A stretch of DNA of 64,000 nt, from assembly GCA_030704615.1 (NCBI GenBank), contig CM060733.1:8928001-8992000 (forward strand), given 5' to 3'. Shown here piece by piece: positions 11,700 through 26,000 of this stretch (position 1 is the first letter of the stretch; each line of letters opens with the position of its first letter). Position numbers and translations under genes: made by a program. This DNA comes from Takakia lepidozioides. Lineage: Eukaryota; Plantae; Bryophyta. The notes beneath the pieces were generated by a model. The model saw only the letters and a program-made list of their open reading frames with translations. It had not been told where the DNA came from and did not search any database.

Positions 11700-14600
11700 A
11701 AGTGCCACGTTTTCGTCGCCACGTCATCGTCGCCACGTTTCGTCGTCAAATTCTATCGAGTCTGCCCAAACTGCCCGCCCGAGAAACGCGAATCGAAGTC
11801 GTCACGCTAGTTTTTCGAAACTGCCCAACCTGCCCGTGTCTTGATCTTGTTGAACCGCAGGAGGGGTTTCACAAGCCGATTGCGATTTGCAGATGGAGGC
11901 GTTGGAGACATTCACAGATTGTGAGTACACAGCAGCAGTTCTTGCACATGGTGGGACAACCTCAATCGCAAGGTGTCGCTTTTCTGAATGTGCGATGTGA
12001 AGAAGTTTGTCCATTCTGCAAATGTCGGCTCTTAGTACCATGATTTGGTATTTTTCCTTATGTTTACAAGGTTCTTGGGAGATTCAGCTTGGTCTTAGCA
12101 GGCCCTTTTTCAATCTCTGCCTGCTCAGCTGCACCTTGGTGGTTCTCACAGACCAACCCGACATTATCCGTCTACAGATAGCAGAGATGAGGAGAAACTT
12201 TGGAGTGAACACTTTTCCGACCGCAGTCAACTGGAAACAGCAGCGGCAGCGGCACAATTGATAGAACGAGGCACTGCTGATGCAGACACCTTCTTCAAAA
12301 CATTTCACCCTGTTTTCCCCTCTTTTGCCATGGATCTGTGAAAGTGAATCTTTATGTCCTACATGTTGGAAATTCTTAGACATGAGACATTCCATCACAG
12401 ATTCCTGCATGCTAGATTTTGCATGCATCTAACCATTTCGAATGTGCATACTGTATGGCGATTTGCTTATCTGTAGCTGCAAGTTATTTGTTCTCTTGTA
12501 AGCATAATTGCTACCCAGGATATGACCTACTTGAAAGAAGTCGTCTGTTTTGGATGCATAGCCTCGCTCAATTTCCCCGATTCTGGAAAGACACATGCTT
12601 AAACAGTCAGTATCGGGGTCTGCACAGGGAAAGTGCGTAGCTCCTCAACAGGGTGTTTACCTGGTTTCCTTGTGGTAACTCCTATGCAATCCTGTCCAGT
12701 GTGGCAATGATGGTTGAGATCTATAATACTGATTTTGGCTTCACATGTCTAAAAATGAAACAGTGAAATTTGAGTTCTACTTGCCTTGAACTTTTGATGG
12801 TAAGTTTTAGATAGTTGCTAACAATTGTATCATTGCAGGGTGGTATGATGTGGTCCTTATGCCACTTGACTCCAAGAGACAGCTTCACTTTAAGGAAGGC
12901 GAATGTTCTCTCGACACCCAAGCCTGGATCTGGTAAATATTCCAATTGCTACCTATGGCTGCTTGCTTGACAATTGAAGTCATCTAGTATGAGCCATTGC
13001 CACATGTGTGTGCACTTACATTATTACTAAGACTTGGATGGTATGCTGCACTAGTGGGCTTCAATTCCCATGATTTTAGTAAACTCTCATCTGCTCAATT
13101 CTAGTTAGCATCCAGCTGTCACACCTTTAGAGACCTTAACATATACTTGTTGTTTATTCTTGCAACTTATTTTACATATGAGTGCTGCATCTGTCTACCT
13201 TTCACAACAACCGTGGTGATTCTTCCTGCTTTAAGTGCATTGCAAGCCACCTCCAAGCATTTCAAAGTGAATTGCCCTAATTATTCAATTTTCCTGAAGT
13301 ACAGGTAGCAGAAGGAAGGGTTGTGTTAAGAGTGGCAAGGTGGAGAGTACAGAGGAAGGGACAATAGTAGGCTGCATCGCAGGTTTAGTACGCCACTTTC
13401 TACCTGTGGATGTGCTTGATTTGCCAGGAGCCGTTTTCCAGATTACCTATGATTACCTACAAGCAACCTGCATGGGTAGATGGTCAAGTGGAAGCCGCAG
13501 CAGCAACGGCACAATTGATAAAATCAAGCATTGCTAATGAAGGCACCTTCTTCAACACATTTCACCTTGTTTTTCCCTCTTATCATAATCGGCCCTAAAT
13601 ATCCATATTGAATTCTGCAAGTTAGCTGGTTGAGTGAATCTTTGATAGTTTGGAGTGACTTTGACATGATACTCCCAACTGACAACAGGAAAGTATCCTA
13701 AAAGAGGTAACAAAAATGAGGAGAAGCTTTGGAATGAATACTTTTCTGACCCCAGTCAATGGTGGGACAACCGAGGCAAAAAGGTGAATGCCTGTCAGAT
13801 TACCTATCATTCTCAACACTATGGCTGAATGAGATGTGGTGTCATGGATTGTGATGTTTGCAGGGTATGCACAGCAGGGGTGCGAGATGGAGGCTTTGGA
13901 GACCTATGAGCAAATGATGGGGGAAGGGGTGAAACCGCCTACATAATGTTTGTGTGTGTTTGCAGTGCGTGTGCAAGCCTGGCAGCCTGGAAAAGTGCAA
14001 AGGGGTCCATGGTTGCATCGTCAAATCTGGAATTGTACCCGGTGTCATGCTGAACACTGCCCTCGTGGACATGTATGTCAAATGTGGGTGCATTAAGGAT
14101 GCCAAGGGAGTGTTTGACAGTATGGCTGAACGAGGTGTTGTGGAGTGCGATGATTGCATGATATGCACAGCAACGGTGCGGGATGGAGGCTTTGCAGACC
14201 TATAAGCAAATGATGTGCGAAGGGGTGAAGCCCAACCACATCACATTTGTTTGTGTTTGCAGTGTGCGTGCAAGCCTGGCAGCTCTGGAAAAGGGGAAAG
14301 AGGTCCATGGCGACATCTTCAAAGCTGGAATTGTACCAGATGTCATCCTGAACACTGCCCTGCCAAATGTGAGTGCATTAAGGAGGCGAAGGGAGTTTTC
14401 AAGACTATGGCTGAACGAGATGTGGTGTCATGGAACTCAATGCACAGCAGGGTATGCACAGCAGGGGCGCGGGATGGAGGCCTTGGAATGATGTGTGAAG
14501 GGGTGAAGCCCAACCACATCACGTTTGTGTGCGTTTGCACTGCGTGTGCAAGTCTGTCTGCCCTGGAAAAGGGCAAAGAGGTGCATGATTGCATCGCCAA

Positions 14601-14730
14601 AGCTGGAATTGTACCAGATGTGATTCTGAACAATACCCTCGTAGACATGTATGCCTTTGGTCGAACTTGGGCACATGAAAGTACAGTGAAAAAGTTCACT
14701 GACTCCATTTCTCTGCTGAAGCTGGTGTGA
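11700..14730 (+). pseudogene. Decayed PLS-class PPR gene; PPR motif remnants at ~13820-14655
   Basis: Fragments such as LNTALVDMYVKCG, GVKPNHITFVCVC, ALEKGKEVH and ERDVVSWNSM occur in shifting frames, with no E/DYW domain. Upstream pieces (~12130-12310, 13490-13760) resemble each other and loosely resemble the 5' region of the PPR gene near 35700. Confidence 0.8.
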
Positions 14731-15679
14731 CTGACTAGAAACTCCAAAGACCAATCATGTTTGTATTACAGATTTGATATTCTGGGTGTCAGTACATTGA
14801 ATGAAACATCAGTTTAACCCTCGTAGGTGTCGCAAATGTTGTGAACAAGAGAGCTGGACACGGTACTTTTCTCATGTGTGGGTTTTCTTTAATGACAGGT
14901 GGAATTTGAAGACTGGTTGAAGCAAGGAGATATAAAGAGTACGATATGCCAGGAAGTTCAAAGAGAGTGTCCTGACATCTTGGTCATGGGAAGCCATAGC
15001 CCATTGGTCATGGCTTTGGCACATTGCAACGGAATTGCATACTCTATCGACTGGAAGCCATAGTGTTTGAACGATAATCAATACAGCTTGGTGTCTATAT
15101 ATTTTTGGCAGGATATTCACAAACTAAAAAGTTCCCTAAGCATTGTTGTCAGAATTTCTACCAATTGTGGCATGATGGCATTTGAATTCTTATTAACCGT
15201 GAGAAAGAAATATATTTTTTGGATTTACTATGAATTTTTTACGATCTGTCATAGGTATGCCTATAAGAGTTTCTAGAGTGGGTTCATAAGACATAACAGG
15301 GATGGAGGATGCCTAATCTGGACTTTGGCAATGCCCATGCAAGTGAATGAAGAATCCAAATGTGACAAGAGTAGTTTGTTATTAATGAGTCAATTGGTCA
15401 TGTGTTATGAAGGGCCATTGTTGGCCCAAGACTGCTTACTTTTTGCCACTTGACAAAAAATGTTTTGATAAAATTCCCCAAAAATATGATTGGTCATAGG
15501 GCTCAAGGTTCACATAAGCATTTTGATTGGTTCAACTTTGGCAACACTCTGTCATTCTTCTTGCGCGAAACAATGAAACATGAGATGTGTATGTTACATT
15601 TTTGTTTGATCCCTGCCCGGACTGCCCGCCCGAGAACGCCCAAAGCACCAAATTTTCCAAGAGCGTGCCGGGTCTGCCC

Positions 15680-16285
15680 GGTTCTTGAAGTTGTTGCAGT
15701 TCTTAAACTGCAGGAGCTCTGCGTTTTCCGCCATCGTTCACCTTGCAAGCTGCAAGCTCTCAGCGAGAACCGTGGTTTTCCCTCATTTTGTCATTGATAG
15801 AACGAACGTTGATAATCTTTGTGAGGCTTAATTAGGCGGCTTCCCAATCACTAACGACGTTTCTTCTTCGATTTGACTCTCCTGCATTTCTGATCCTCCT
15901 AGTGGGAAACCTCTTAAGCTCCATAGATCATAAACAACATTTCAAACATTTTTGTGTATCAATAGCCTTCTTATCTGCTGCAATGGCTGTTTGAGTGCAG
16001 CAAGTTCTTGAAGTTGTTGCAGTTCTTGAACAACAGGAGCTCTGCGTTTCCCGCCATCATTCACCTTGCAAGCTGAGAGCTCTCAGCGAAGATCGTGGTT
16101 TTCCCTCATTTTGTCATTGGTAGTACGAACATTGATAATCCTTGTGAGGCTTAACTAGGCAGCTTCTCAATCCCTGACGACGTTGCTTCTTCGATCTGAC
16201 TCTCCTGGTAAGAGTAAGGATTTCTAATCCTCCTAGTGGAAAACTTCTTAAGCTCCATAGATCATAAACAACATTTCAAACATTT
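15680..16285. repeat. Direct duplication of ~270 bp (about 15680-15950 and 16005-16285)
   Basis: Both copies run GTTCTTGAAGTTGTTGCAGTTCTT...GCTCCATAGATCATAAACAACATTTCAAACATTT. Confidence 0.85.
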
Positions 16286-17092
16286 AGGTCTGAGTTCAAC
16301 AAACAGTTATGTGACTGTTTGCTTGTAATAGGAAAGAGAATGGGCAGAACCAACACCAAAAGAAATGTGCAAATTCTTCTTGTTTGAATATGATTGAGGG
16401 ATCTTGTGTGTATGTTGTTTTATGTTAACAAACATGGAACCACCTTGTTTACATTCTACCTTGTGGCAGCCCAACCATTTTTACACCAAGCATTGTACAC
16501 CATCAATTTGCATCGACTCTTGGAAGTGGAACAAGTGGATCAACAATAGGTACACTAAAATCCAGCTTATCCTGGTACATAAAAATTCAGCTTTTGATGA
16601 TTTGAGTGTGGGCCTTGAACTAGCTAGTCCGAAGTTCGCAGCACTTACAATTTTACTTATACTGTCACCAGTAATTCACCAGTCAATGTTGAGATTGTGG
16701 TGGTGTAGTCCGGGCTCACATCTGTTTGTGATGTGGCCAGTGGCCGCTGCCTGAGACAGGCAGACATCCCTGGTACCCACAAAGAAACTATATCAAACCT
16801 GTCTTGTCTGTCATGACACTTTAGAGGTAGTAGAAAACAAATGCAGTTGTCTCATATGGCATGATCAAGAAAAAATAAATAAACAAACAGGTTGTTAGAC
16901 ACAAATGTATATCGAACAAGGAAATCACACCAATCAGATGATGATTTGACATGTGTGTGTAGGCAAGTAAATCATAGAAGGAAGCATTCCAAAAGTATCT
17001 GCAGGCAAGCATTGTACACCATCAATTTGCATCGGCTCTTGGAGTGAAACAAGTCAATCAACAATAGGTACACAAAAATCCAGCTTATCCTG

Positions 17093-20000
17093 TGTCGCGG
17101 CCCTTTGCCTTGAGGGCAGAGGGTCGGGACACAAGAGGGGTTGCCCCTGTGGTGGGGGCAGTGGCAGCGATAGGTATGGGGGGCTGAAGCACCCTTGAGT
17201 GCCCAAGGCACTCAAGGAGGCGGAAGAGCTCACTAGGTGGAGCCCCGCACACCGGGTTGCGGTGGGGGTGGCTCCACAAGGGGTGGTGGTAGCTTAGCGG
17301 GACTTAGTGGGGGTGACATAGGACTCACCCTGGGGCGGAGACCTCGTGGTGGGAGTCGTGGGGAGTCTTCGGACTCATCACGGTCCATAGGGGCCGTGGT
17401 GGGTGGGCCAAGACTCACCGCGACTCATCACCGGGAGTCGAGGGTGTTCGTGGTGGTTCGCCATAAAATGGCATGGTTGTTTGTGAAACCCCCGTGGATA
17501 GCTACACAAGTATATATAGGGAGTAGTAACCCCGAGAACGATGCAAGCCCGTTGGTGACCAAAAACTAATGAGAAAGCGAGCGAGCCAGAAAGCGACCAA
17601 AGAGTGGGGAACTATTCCGGACTGCCAACTACCAAAGGGAATTCCGCTGGTTCCAAATCGTTGGAGGGTTCTTTGGGAGATCAAAGGGGGACCGTTATGT
17701 CCCGGTGAGCAGCCGAAACTCCAAGTTGGCCCGGCGGCCAGGTTGGGAGTTAGGCGCGCGCATCAAGCGAGTAACTATGACTTAAGGGGGGGGGAGCTTA
17801 CCGAAGTGAGGTGCGCGACACTTGGTATCAGAGCTTAGAGTTCAGTACGCGATTGTCCTCGGGATTGGCCTCATCATGGGGTCGGGCAAGCCAAAGCGAA
17901 AGCGGAACGGCCCAAAAGATGATGATCCTGGTGAGCCCGATGGGGGCGACGTGTCACCGAGGCGGCTGTTTGAGGAAGCGATGCATGTTTCCGAAAACGA
18001 GGCCGCTCAAGAGCGGGAGGAATTTGAGGAGTCGGAGCCTGAGGAATCCCTGAGAGCTCCGACCGACCAACATATGTCTCCCATGCCGGCAGCCTTTTGG
18101 GAAGGGTTGTTGGCGCAATTTGGCGGGACGTTGAAAGACGTGTTGAAGGCGGCTAATGCCACTTCCACTAAGGCAAAGTTTAAGGTGAAGCCGAAGGAAC
18201 CCGACACCTTCGACGGCGTCCAAAATCGGAAGGCACTCAATACCTGGCTCTTGGAGCTAGAGCAGTACTTCCGGGCGGCCAAGTTGAGTGACGAGGATCG
18301 GGTGGAAGTGGCTCCCACCTATTTGAGGGCTATGCTCAACAATGGTGGCAGAAACGCCTTCACGACCGAGGTCCAAGCCCGGAAACCTTGAACTGGAGTG
18401 GGTTCAAGGAATTGATGAAGAGGCAGTTTGTGCCCCTCAACGTGTCGCGCACCTCCCTTCGGTAAGCTCCCCTTCACGTCATAGTTACTCGCTTTGATGC
18501 GCGCGCCTGACTCCCAACCTGGCCGCTGGGCCAACTTGGAGCTTCGGCTGCTCACCGGGACATAACGGTCCCCCTTCGCTTCTCCCGAAGAACCCTCCAC
18601 CGATTTGGAACCAGCGGGAATTCCCTTTGGTAGTTGGCCGTCCGGAACAGCTCCCCACTCTTTGGTCGCTTTCCGGCTCGGTCGCTTACTCACTAGTTTT
18701 TGGTCACCAACGGGCTTGCACCGTCCTCGGGGTTACTACTCCCTATATATACTTCTATAGATGTCCGCAGGGGTTTCACAACCAGCCATGCCATATTATG
18801 GCGAACCACCACGAAGACCCTCGATTCCCGGTGGTGAGTCGCGGTGAGTGTTGGCCCACTCACCGCGGCCCCAATGGACCGTGATGAGTCCCAAGACTCC
18901 CACGACTCCCACCTCGAGGTCTCCACCCCATGGTGAGTCCTATGCCACCCCGACTAAGTCCCGCTAAGCTACCACCACCCCTTGTGGAGCCACCCCCACC
19001 GCAACCCGGTGTGCGGGGCTCCACCTAGTGAGCGCCTCCGCCTCCTTGAGTGCCTTGGGCACTCAAGGGTGCTTCAGCCCCCGTACCTATCGCTGCTACT
19101 GCCTCCACCACAGGGGCAGCCCCTCTTGTGTCCCGACCCCCCCTGCCCTCAAGGCAAAGGGCCGCGACACACACCCCTACCAACATGGAGTCGATGTCCT
19201 CATCGACTTGTCCATTTTGTAGAATCGAACATCCAAGTTGTGGCGTCCCACATCAAGGAGTTTGTTTCCGTACCATGGCGTCCCATGGCCGTTGCGGAGT
19301 GTTCTGTGTTATTATAACAGAACTCTGCCGCGTCTAAGTGTTCCATCCAGTCTGATTGGTCTGCCGACACGTAATTCCGCAAGAATTGCTTCACTACGGA
19401 ATTCACTCTTTCCGTTTGGCCGTCCGTCGTAGGTCGAAAGGCGGTGCTCATCTTCAGCCTCGTCCTCATCTTCTTCCAAAGTGTCCTCCAAAATTTACTT
19501 GTAAACTTTGGATCGCGATCCGAGACAATATCCTTCGGGACTCCATGATGCTTTAAGACGTGGGCGAGGTAAAGTCGCCCTGTCTCCTGCGCCGTTGCCG
19601 TCTCCTTGGTGGGGATGAAATGACCCATTTTACTGAACCTATCCACCACCACCATGATTGCATCGAATCCTTTTGACAGCGGCATAGCAGTCATGAAATC
19701 CATCGAGACGCTTTCCCCAAGTCCCCTCTGGAATCGGCAAGGGTTGTAATAGCCCCCGCTTGCTTTTTGTACTCGCTCCGGTTTTGTTGGCATGTGGTGC
19801 ATGTCTTGACATACTCCTCCACCTCCTCCCTCAGTTTGGGCCAGAAATACTCTTTCTTTAGGAGTGCCGCAGTGCGCTTGGCTCCGCCGTGGCCCGCAAG
19901 CGGGCTATCATGGCATTCTCTCAAGAGGCTGTCTCTGATCCCTCCCTTCGGCACGTAGAGACACTTTTGCTTATACCGGAGCAGTCCATTTTGCAAGTGG

Positions 20001-23000
20001 AACTGCGATTTAACCCCCATCCTCAAGTCCTGCATCACGGACTTTGCCAGCTCATCCTTCTGGTAAGCCTTCCGGATCTTCCTTTGGAGCGCCGTCTCGC
20101 CCTTGTACACCAACAAGAGCTGCTGCTTTCTACTTAAAGCATCGGCCACCACGTTGTCTCGTCCCGGTTTGTACTGGATATCCACGTCGAACACCGCTAA
20201 AGTATCTTGCCACCTAAGTTGTTTTGGGGACAACTTGGGCTGCGTGGCAAAATACTTTCACCGTGACATTGTCCGTGAACACCTTCACTGGGTGGGAACC
20301 AACATAGTGGCGCCAAGCTCAAGACAATGCACCACCGCCTTCATCTTTTTTTTGCGTCGGCCACCGTCGCTCCACTTCATTCAGTTTCTTACTTTCGTAA
20401 GCCACTGGACGTTCATCTTGCATAAGTACACAAACACCCCCAATCGCGAAGTCCGACGCATCTGTATGAATCTCAAACGGACGATCGAACTCCGGGATTT
20501 TCAAGACTGGAGCTTCCGCCATCCGCTGCTTCAATTTAGCAAAAGCTTGGCCACAAAATGTGTTCCATACCCAGACTTTGGATTTACACATAAGGTCTGA
20601 CAGCGGCCCCGCAATCTTGGCGAAATTTCTCACATACTTCCGGTAATAGGAGGCGAGTCCTAGGAAGGATCGCACTCCCGGGACCGAAGTCGGAGGCTCC
20701 CAGTCCAAGATCGCCCTCACCTTTCTGTCATCCATTTTGATCCCATCCTGTGTAATCACATGCCCCAATAACTCCACTTTTGTGACCCCGAATTCGCACT
20801 TTGAAGCTTTGGCATACAGCTTCCCTTCCTGAAATTTTTGGAACACCCTTTTCAGGTGCTCCAGGTGCTCCTCCTTTGTTTTCGAGTACACCAAGATGTC
20901 GTCGATGTACACGATCACAAAGTCATCCAACCACTCCTGGAAAAGGCTGTTCATCAGCGTGCTAAATGTCGCTGGTGCATTGGTGAGCCCAAAAGGCATC
21001 ACCAAGAACTCATATGAACCATACCTTGTCCTGCACGCGGTCTTCTCCTCATCTCCTTCCGCCACCCAAATTTGGTGATAGCCGGAGCGCAAGTCGATCC
21101 GGCTGAAATACTTCGCTCCTGCCAACCGATCGAAGAGGTCATCGATCCTTGGCAAAGGGTACCGGTTTTTTATAGTCACCTTATTCAGAGCCTTGTAATC
21201 GACACACATCCGCAGCGTCCCATCCTTCTTGTCTGCAAATAGCACCGGGGCTCCGTAAGGTGACTTACTCGGTCGGATGTACCCCTTTGACATTAGATCC
21301 TTGAGCTGAGTCTTCAGCTCGACCAACTCCCTGTGGCTCAACCGGTAGGGTGCCTTGGCAGGCGGTTTCCGATCCCGGTATCACCTCAATCTTGTGGTCA
21401 ACTCCTCTTCGCGGTGGCAGCCGCTTGGTAAATCCTCCGGCATCACATCCTGGTATTTCTCCAAGATCCCCTTGATCCAATCTGGGCTCGGTTCCCCATC
21501 GCCTTCTCCCTTCACTTCTCTAATGTAAAGCAAAAACTGGGGCTCGTGTGCCTCTTCCACGGCCCACTCCCTTGCTGACAGAAGGTTTATTTGCCCTCCC
21601 ACGGATTTGGGCGTTTTTCCGACACTCTTAAGACCTCGCCACCATTCCCACATGGCAGCGTGACCACTCTCTTGCGGCCATCTATGACCGCTCCGGATTG
21701 CTCAAAAGGTCATCCCCAAAATGAGATCCACTCCATCGATCTCGCAGATGGTGAAGTTCTCACGTCCCTCCCAACTCCCTAATTGAAGAGGAACATCAAA
21801 TGCCAACCTTGTCGCCAACTGTGGTTCTCCTTTGGCAGAACGCACCTCAATAGAGGCCCCACATCACTTGTCGGGAGTCCCAACTTTCGCGCCGTCGCCG
21901 GCGTCATGAAGGAGTGCGACGCTCCTGTGTCCACCAACAACGACACGTTAGTTCCGGATATTATCCCATCCACGAACAATAACTGACTCCCTTTACGCAG
22001 GGCGCCAGTTTCCTGATACAACTCACAAGAATAGTTGCCTACCTTGCAAGTCATGGCGACCACCGCTTCCACCAAGCGACTGATGGTATCTTCCGACAGC
22101 TCCGTGGTTGCCCGAGTCATGTTCAATTGACGAGGTTTTGTGCACTTCTTGGCCATGTGCCCCGGGCTCCCCGCAATTGAAACACACTCCATCAAAGGTC
22201 GCCTTCTGTCCGCCATAAGCCGCTCCACCCGCTTTTTCCTTTCGAAGCACCGGGTGCCGCCTTGACGTGTGAAGGCCCTCCTTTTGATTTCCACGTGCCA
22301 TTGTCGCCACGTGGCCTATCCCACTTCTTTTCCGGTCGGAAGGAGTCACCTTCCCGCCGGGTCTTCTTGTGGTTCAGCTCCGTACGGCCTTGTCTCTCAC
22401 CCCTAGGGACATCCGAGAAACATTCAGCCTCTCAATTGCCTCGTTCAAAGTCTTGGGTGGCTTCTCCTCCAACTTCCGCCTGGCCCATGGGGCCAGTCCC
22501 GCCACAAAGTTGAAGACCATTTCTGGTTCTGCCATGTCCGCGACTTCGAGCAACAGCATTGAAAGCCTGGACATAACCCCGAATGTCATCTGTTTGCTTC
22601 AAATTCCTCATCTTGTCCCGGGCAAGCCAGGACGCGTTGAGGGGCACAAACTGTCTCTTCATCAATTCCTTGAACCTACTCCAGTTCAAGGTTTCCGGGC
22701 TTGGACCTCGGTCGTGAAGGCGTTTCTGCCACCATTGTTGAGCATAGCCCCTCAAATAGGTGGGAGCCACTTCCACCCGATCCTCGTCACTCAACTTGGC
22801 CGCCCGGAAGTACTGCTCTAGCTCCAGGAGCCAGGTGTTGAGTGCCTTCCGATTTCGGACGCCCTCGAAGGTGCCGGGTTCCTTAGGCTTCACCTTAAAC
22901 TTTTGCCTTAGTGGAAGTGGCATTAGCCGCCTTCAACACGTCTTTCAACGTCCCGCCAAACTGCGCCAACAACCCTTCCCAAAAGGCTGCCGGCATGGGA

Positions 23001-26000
23001 GGCATCTCTTGGTTTGTCGGAATTCTCAAGGATTCCTCGGGCTCCGACTCCTCGGATTCCTCCCGCTCCTGAGCGGCCTCGTTTTTGGAAACATGCATCG
23101 CTTCCTCAAACGGCCGCCTCAGTGACACGTCGCCCCCATCGGGCTCACCAGGATCATCGTCTTTTGGGCCGTTCCGCTTTCGCTTCGGCTTGCCCGACCC
23201 CATAATGAGGCCAATCCCAAGGACGATCGCGTACTGAACTCTAAGCTCTGATACCAAGTGTTGCGCACCTCCCTTCGGTAAGCTCCCCTTCACGTCATAG
23301 TTACTCGCTTTGATGCGCGCGCCTGACTCCCAACCTGGCCGCCGGGCCAACTTGGAGCTTCGGCTGCTCACCTTCGCTTCTCCTGAAGAACCCTCCACCG
23401 ATTTGGAACCAGCGGGAATTCCCTTTGGTAGTTGGCAGTCCGGAACAGCTCCCCACTCTTTGGTCGCTTTCCGGCTCGGTCGCTTACTCACTAGTTTTTG
23501 GTCACCAACGGGCTTGCACCGTTCTCGGGGTTACTACTCCCTATATATACTTCTGTAGATGTCCGCAGGGGTTTCACAACCAGCCATGCCATATTATGGC
23601 GAACCACCACGAAGACCCTCGATTCCCGGTGGTGAGTCGCGGTGAGTGTTGGCCCACTCACCGCGGCCCCAATGGACCGTGATGAGTCCCAAGACTCCCC
23701 ACGACTCCCACCTCGAGGTCTCCACCCCATGGTGAGTCCTATGCCACCCCGACTAAGTCCCGCTAAGCTACCACCACCCCTTGTGGAGCCACCCCCACCG
23801 CAACCTGGTGTGCGGGGCTCCACCTAGTGAGCGCCTCCGCCTCCTTGAGTGCCTTGGGCACTCAAGGGTGCTTCAGCCCCCGTACCTATCGCTGCTACTG
23901 CCCCCACCACAGGGGCAGCCCCTCTTGTGTCCCGACCCCCCCTGCCCTCAAGGCAAAGGGCCGTGACACAACGCGTCCTGGCTCGCCCGAGACAAGACGA
24001 GGAATTTGAAGCAAACAAATGACATTCGGGGATATGTCCAGGCTTTCAATGTGCTGTTGCTCGAAGTTGCGGACATGGCAGAACCAGAAATGGTCTTCAA
24101 CTTTGTGGCGGGACAGTTGGAGGAGAAGCCACCTAAGACTTTGAACGAGGCAATTGAGAGGGCTGAATGTTTCTCGGATGCCCCTAAGGGTGAAAGACAA
24201 GGCCGTACGGAGCTGAACCACAAGAAGACCCGGCGGGAAGGTGACTCCTTCCGACCGGAAAAGAAGTGGGATAGGCCGCGCGGCGACAATGGCACGTGGA
24301 AATCAAAGGGAGGGCCTTCACAAGTCAAGGCGGCACCCGGTGCTTCGAAAGGAAAAGCGGGTGGAGCGGCCTATGGCGGACAGAAGGCGACCTTTGATGG
24401 AGTGTGTTTCAATTGCGGGGAGCCCGGACACATGGCCAAGAAGTGCACGAAGCCCCGGCAATTGAACATGACTCGGGCGACCACAGAGCTGTCGAAAGAT
24501 ACCATCAGTCGCTTTGGTGGAAGCGGTGGTCGCCAGGACTTGCAAGGTAGCAAATTTTCTTGTGAGTTGTATCAGGAAACTGGCGCCTTACGTAAAGGGA
24601 GTCAGTTATTGTTCGTGGATGGGATAATATCCGGAACTAACGTGTCGTTGTTGGTGGACACAGGAGCGTCGCACTCCTTCATGACACTGGCAACGGCACA
24701 AAAGCTGGGGCTCCCGACAAATGACGTGGGGGCCTCTATTGAGATGCGTTCTGCCAAAGGAGAACCGCAATTGGCGATTGGGAGGGACGTAAGAACTTCA
24801 CCATCTGCGAGATCGATGGAGTGGATCTCATTTTGGGGATGACCTTTTTGAGCAAATCCAGAGCGGTCATAGATGGCCGCAAGAGAGTAGTCACGCTGCC
24901 ATGTGGGAATGGTGGCGAGGTCTTACGAGTGTCGGAAACACCCAAACCCGTGGGAGGGCGAATAAACCTTCTGTCAGCAAGGGAGTGGGCCGTGGAGGAG
25001 ACACACGAGCCCCAGTTTTTACTCTATATTAGAGAAGTGAAGGGAGAAGGCGATGGGGCCGAGCCCAGATTGGATCAAGGGGATTTTGGAGAAATACCAG
25101 GATGTGATGCCGGAGGATTTACCAAGCGGCTTGCCACCGCGAAGAGGAGTTGACCACAAGATTGAGGTGATACCGGGATCGAAACCGCCTGCCAAGGCGC
25201 CCTACCGGTTGAGCCACAGAGAGTTGGTCGAGCTGAAGACTCAGCTCAAAGATCTAATGTCAAAGGGGTACATCCGGCCGAGTAAGTCACCTTATGGAGC
25301 CCCGTGCTATTCGCAGACAAGAAGGATGGGACGCTGCGGATGTGTGTCGATTACAGGGCTTTGAATAAGGTGACTATAAAAAACCGGTACCCTTTGCCAA
25401 GGATCGACGACCTTTTCGATCGGTTGGCAGGAGCGAAGTATTTCAGCCGGATCGATCTGCGCTCCGGCTATCATCAAATTCGAGTGGCGGAAGGAGATGA
25501 GGAGAAGACCGTGTGCAGGACAAGGTATGGTTCATACGAGTTCTTGGTGATGCCTTTTGGATTCACCAATGCTCCCGCGACCTTTAGCACGCTGATGAAC
25601 ACCTTTTCCAGGAGTGGTTGGATGACTTTGTGATCGTGTACATCGACGACATCTTGGTGTATTCGAAAACAAAGGAGGAGCACCTAGAGCACCTCAAAAG
25701 GGTGTTCCAAAATTGCGGGAAGGGAAGCTGTATGCCAAAGCTTCAAGTGTGAATTCAGGTCACAAAAGTGAGTTCCTGGGGCATGTGATTACGCAGGATG
25801 GGATCAGAATGGATGACAGGAAGGTGAGGGCAATCTTGGATTGGGAGCCTCCGACTTCGGTCCCGGGAGTGCGATCCTTCCTAGGACTCGCCTCCTATTA
25901 GCGGAAGTATGTGAGAAATTTCGCCAAGATCGCGGGGCCGTTGTCAGACCTTCTGTGTAAATCCAAAGTCTGGGCATGGAACACCTTTTGTGGCCAAGCT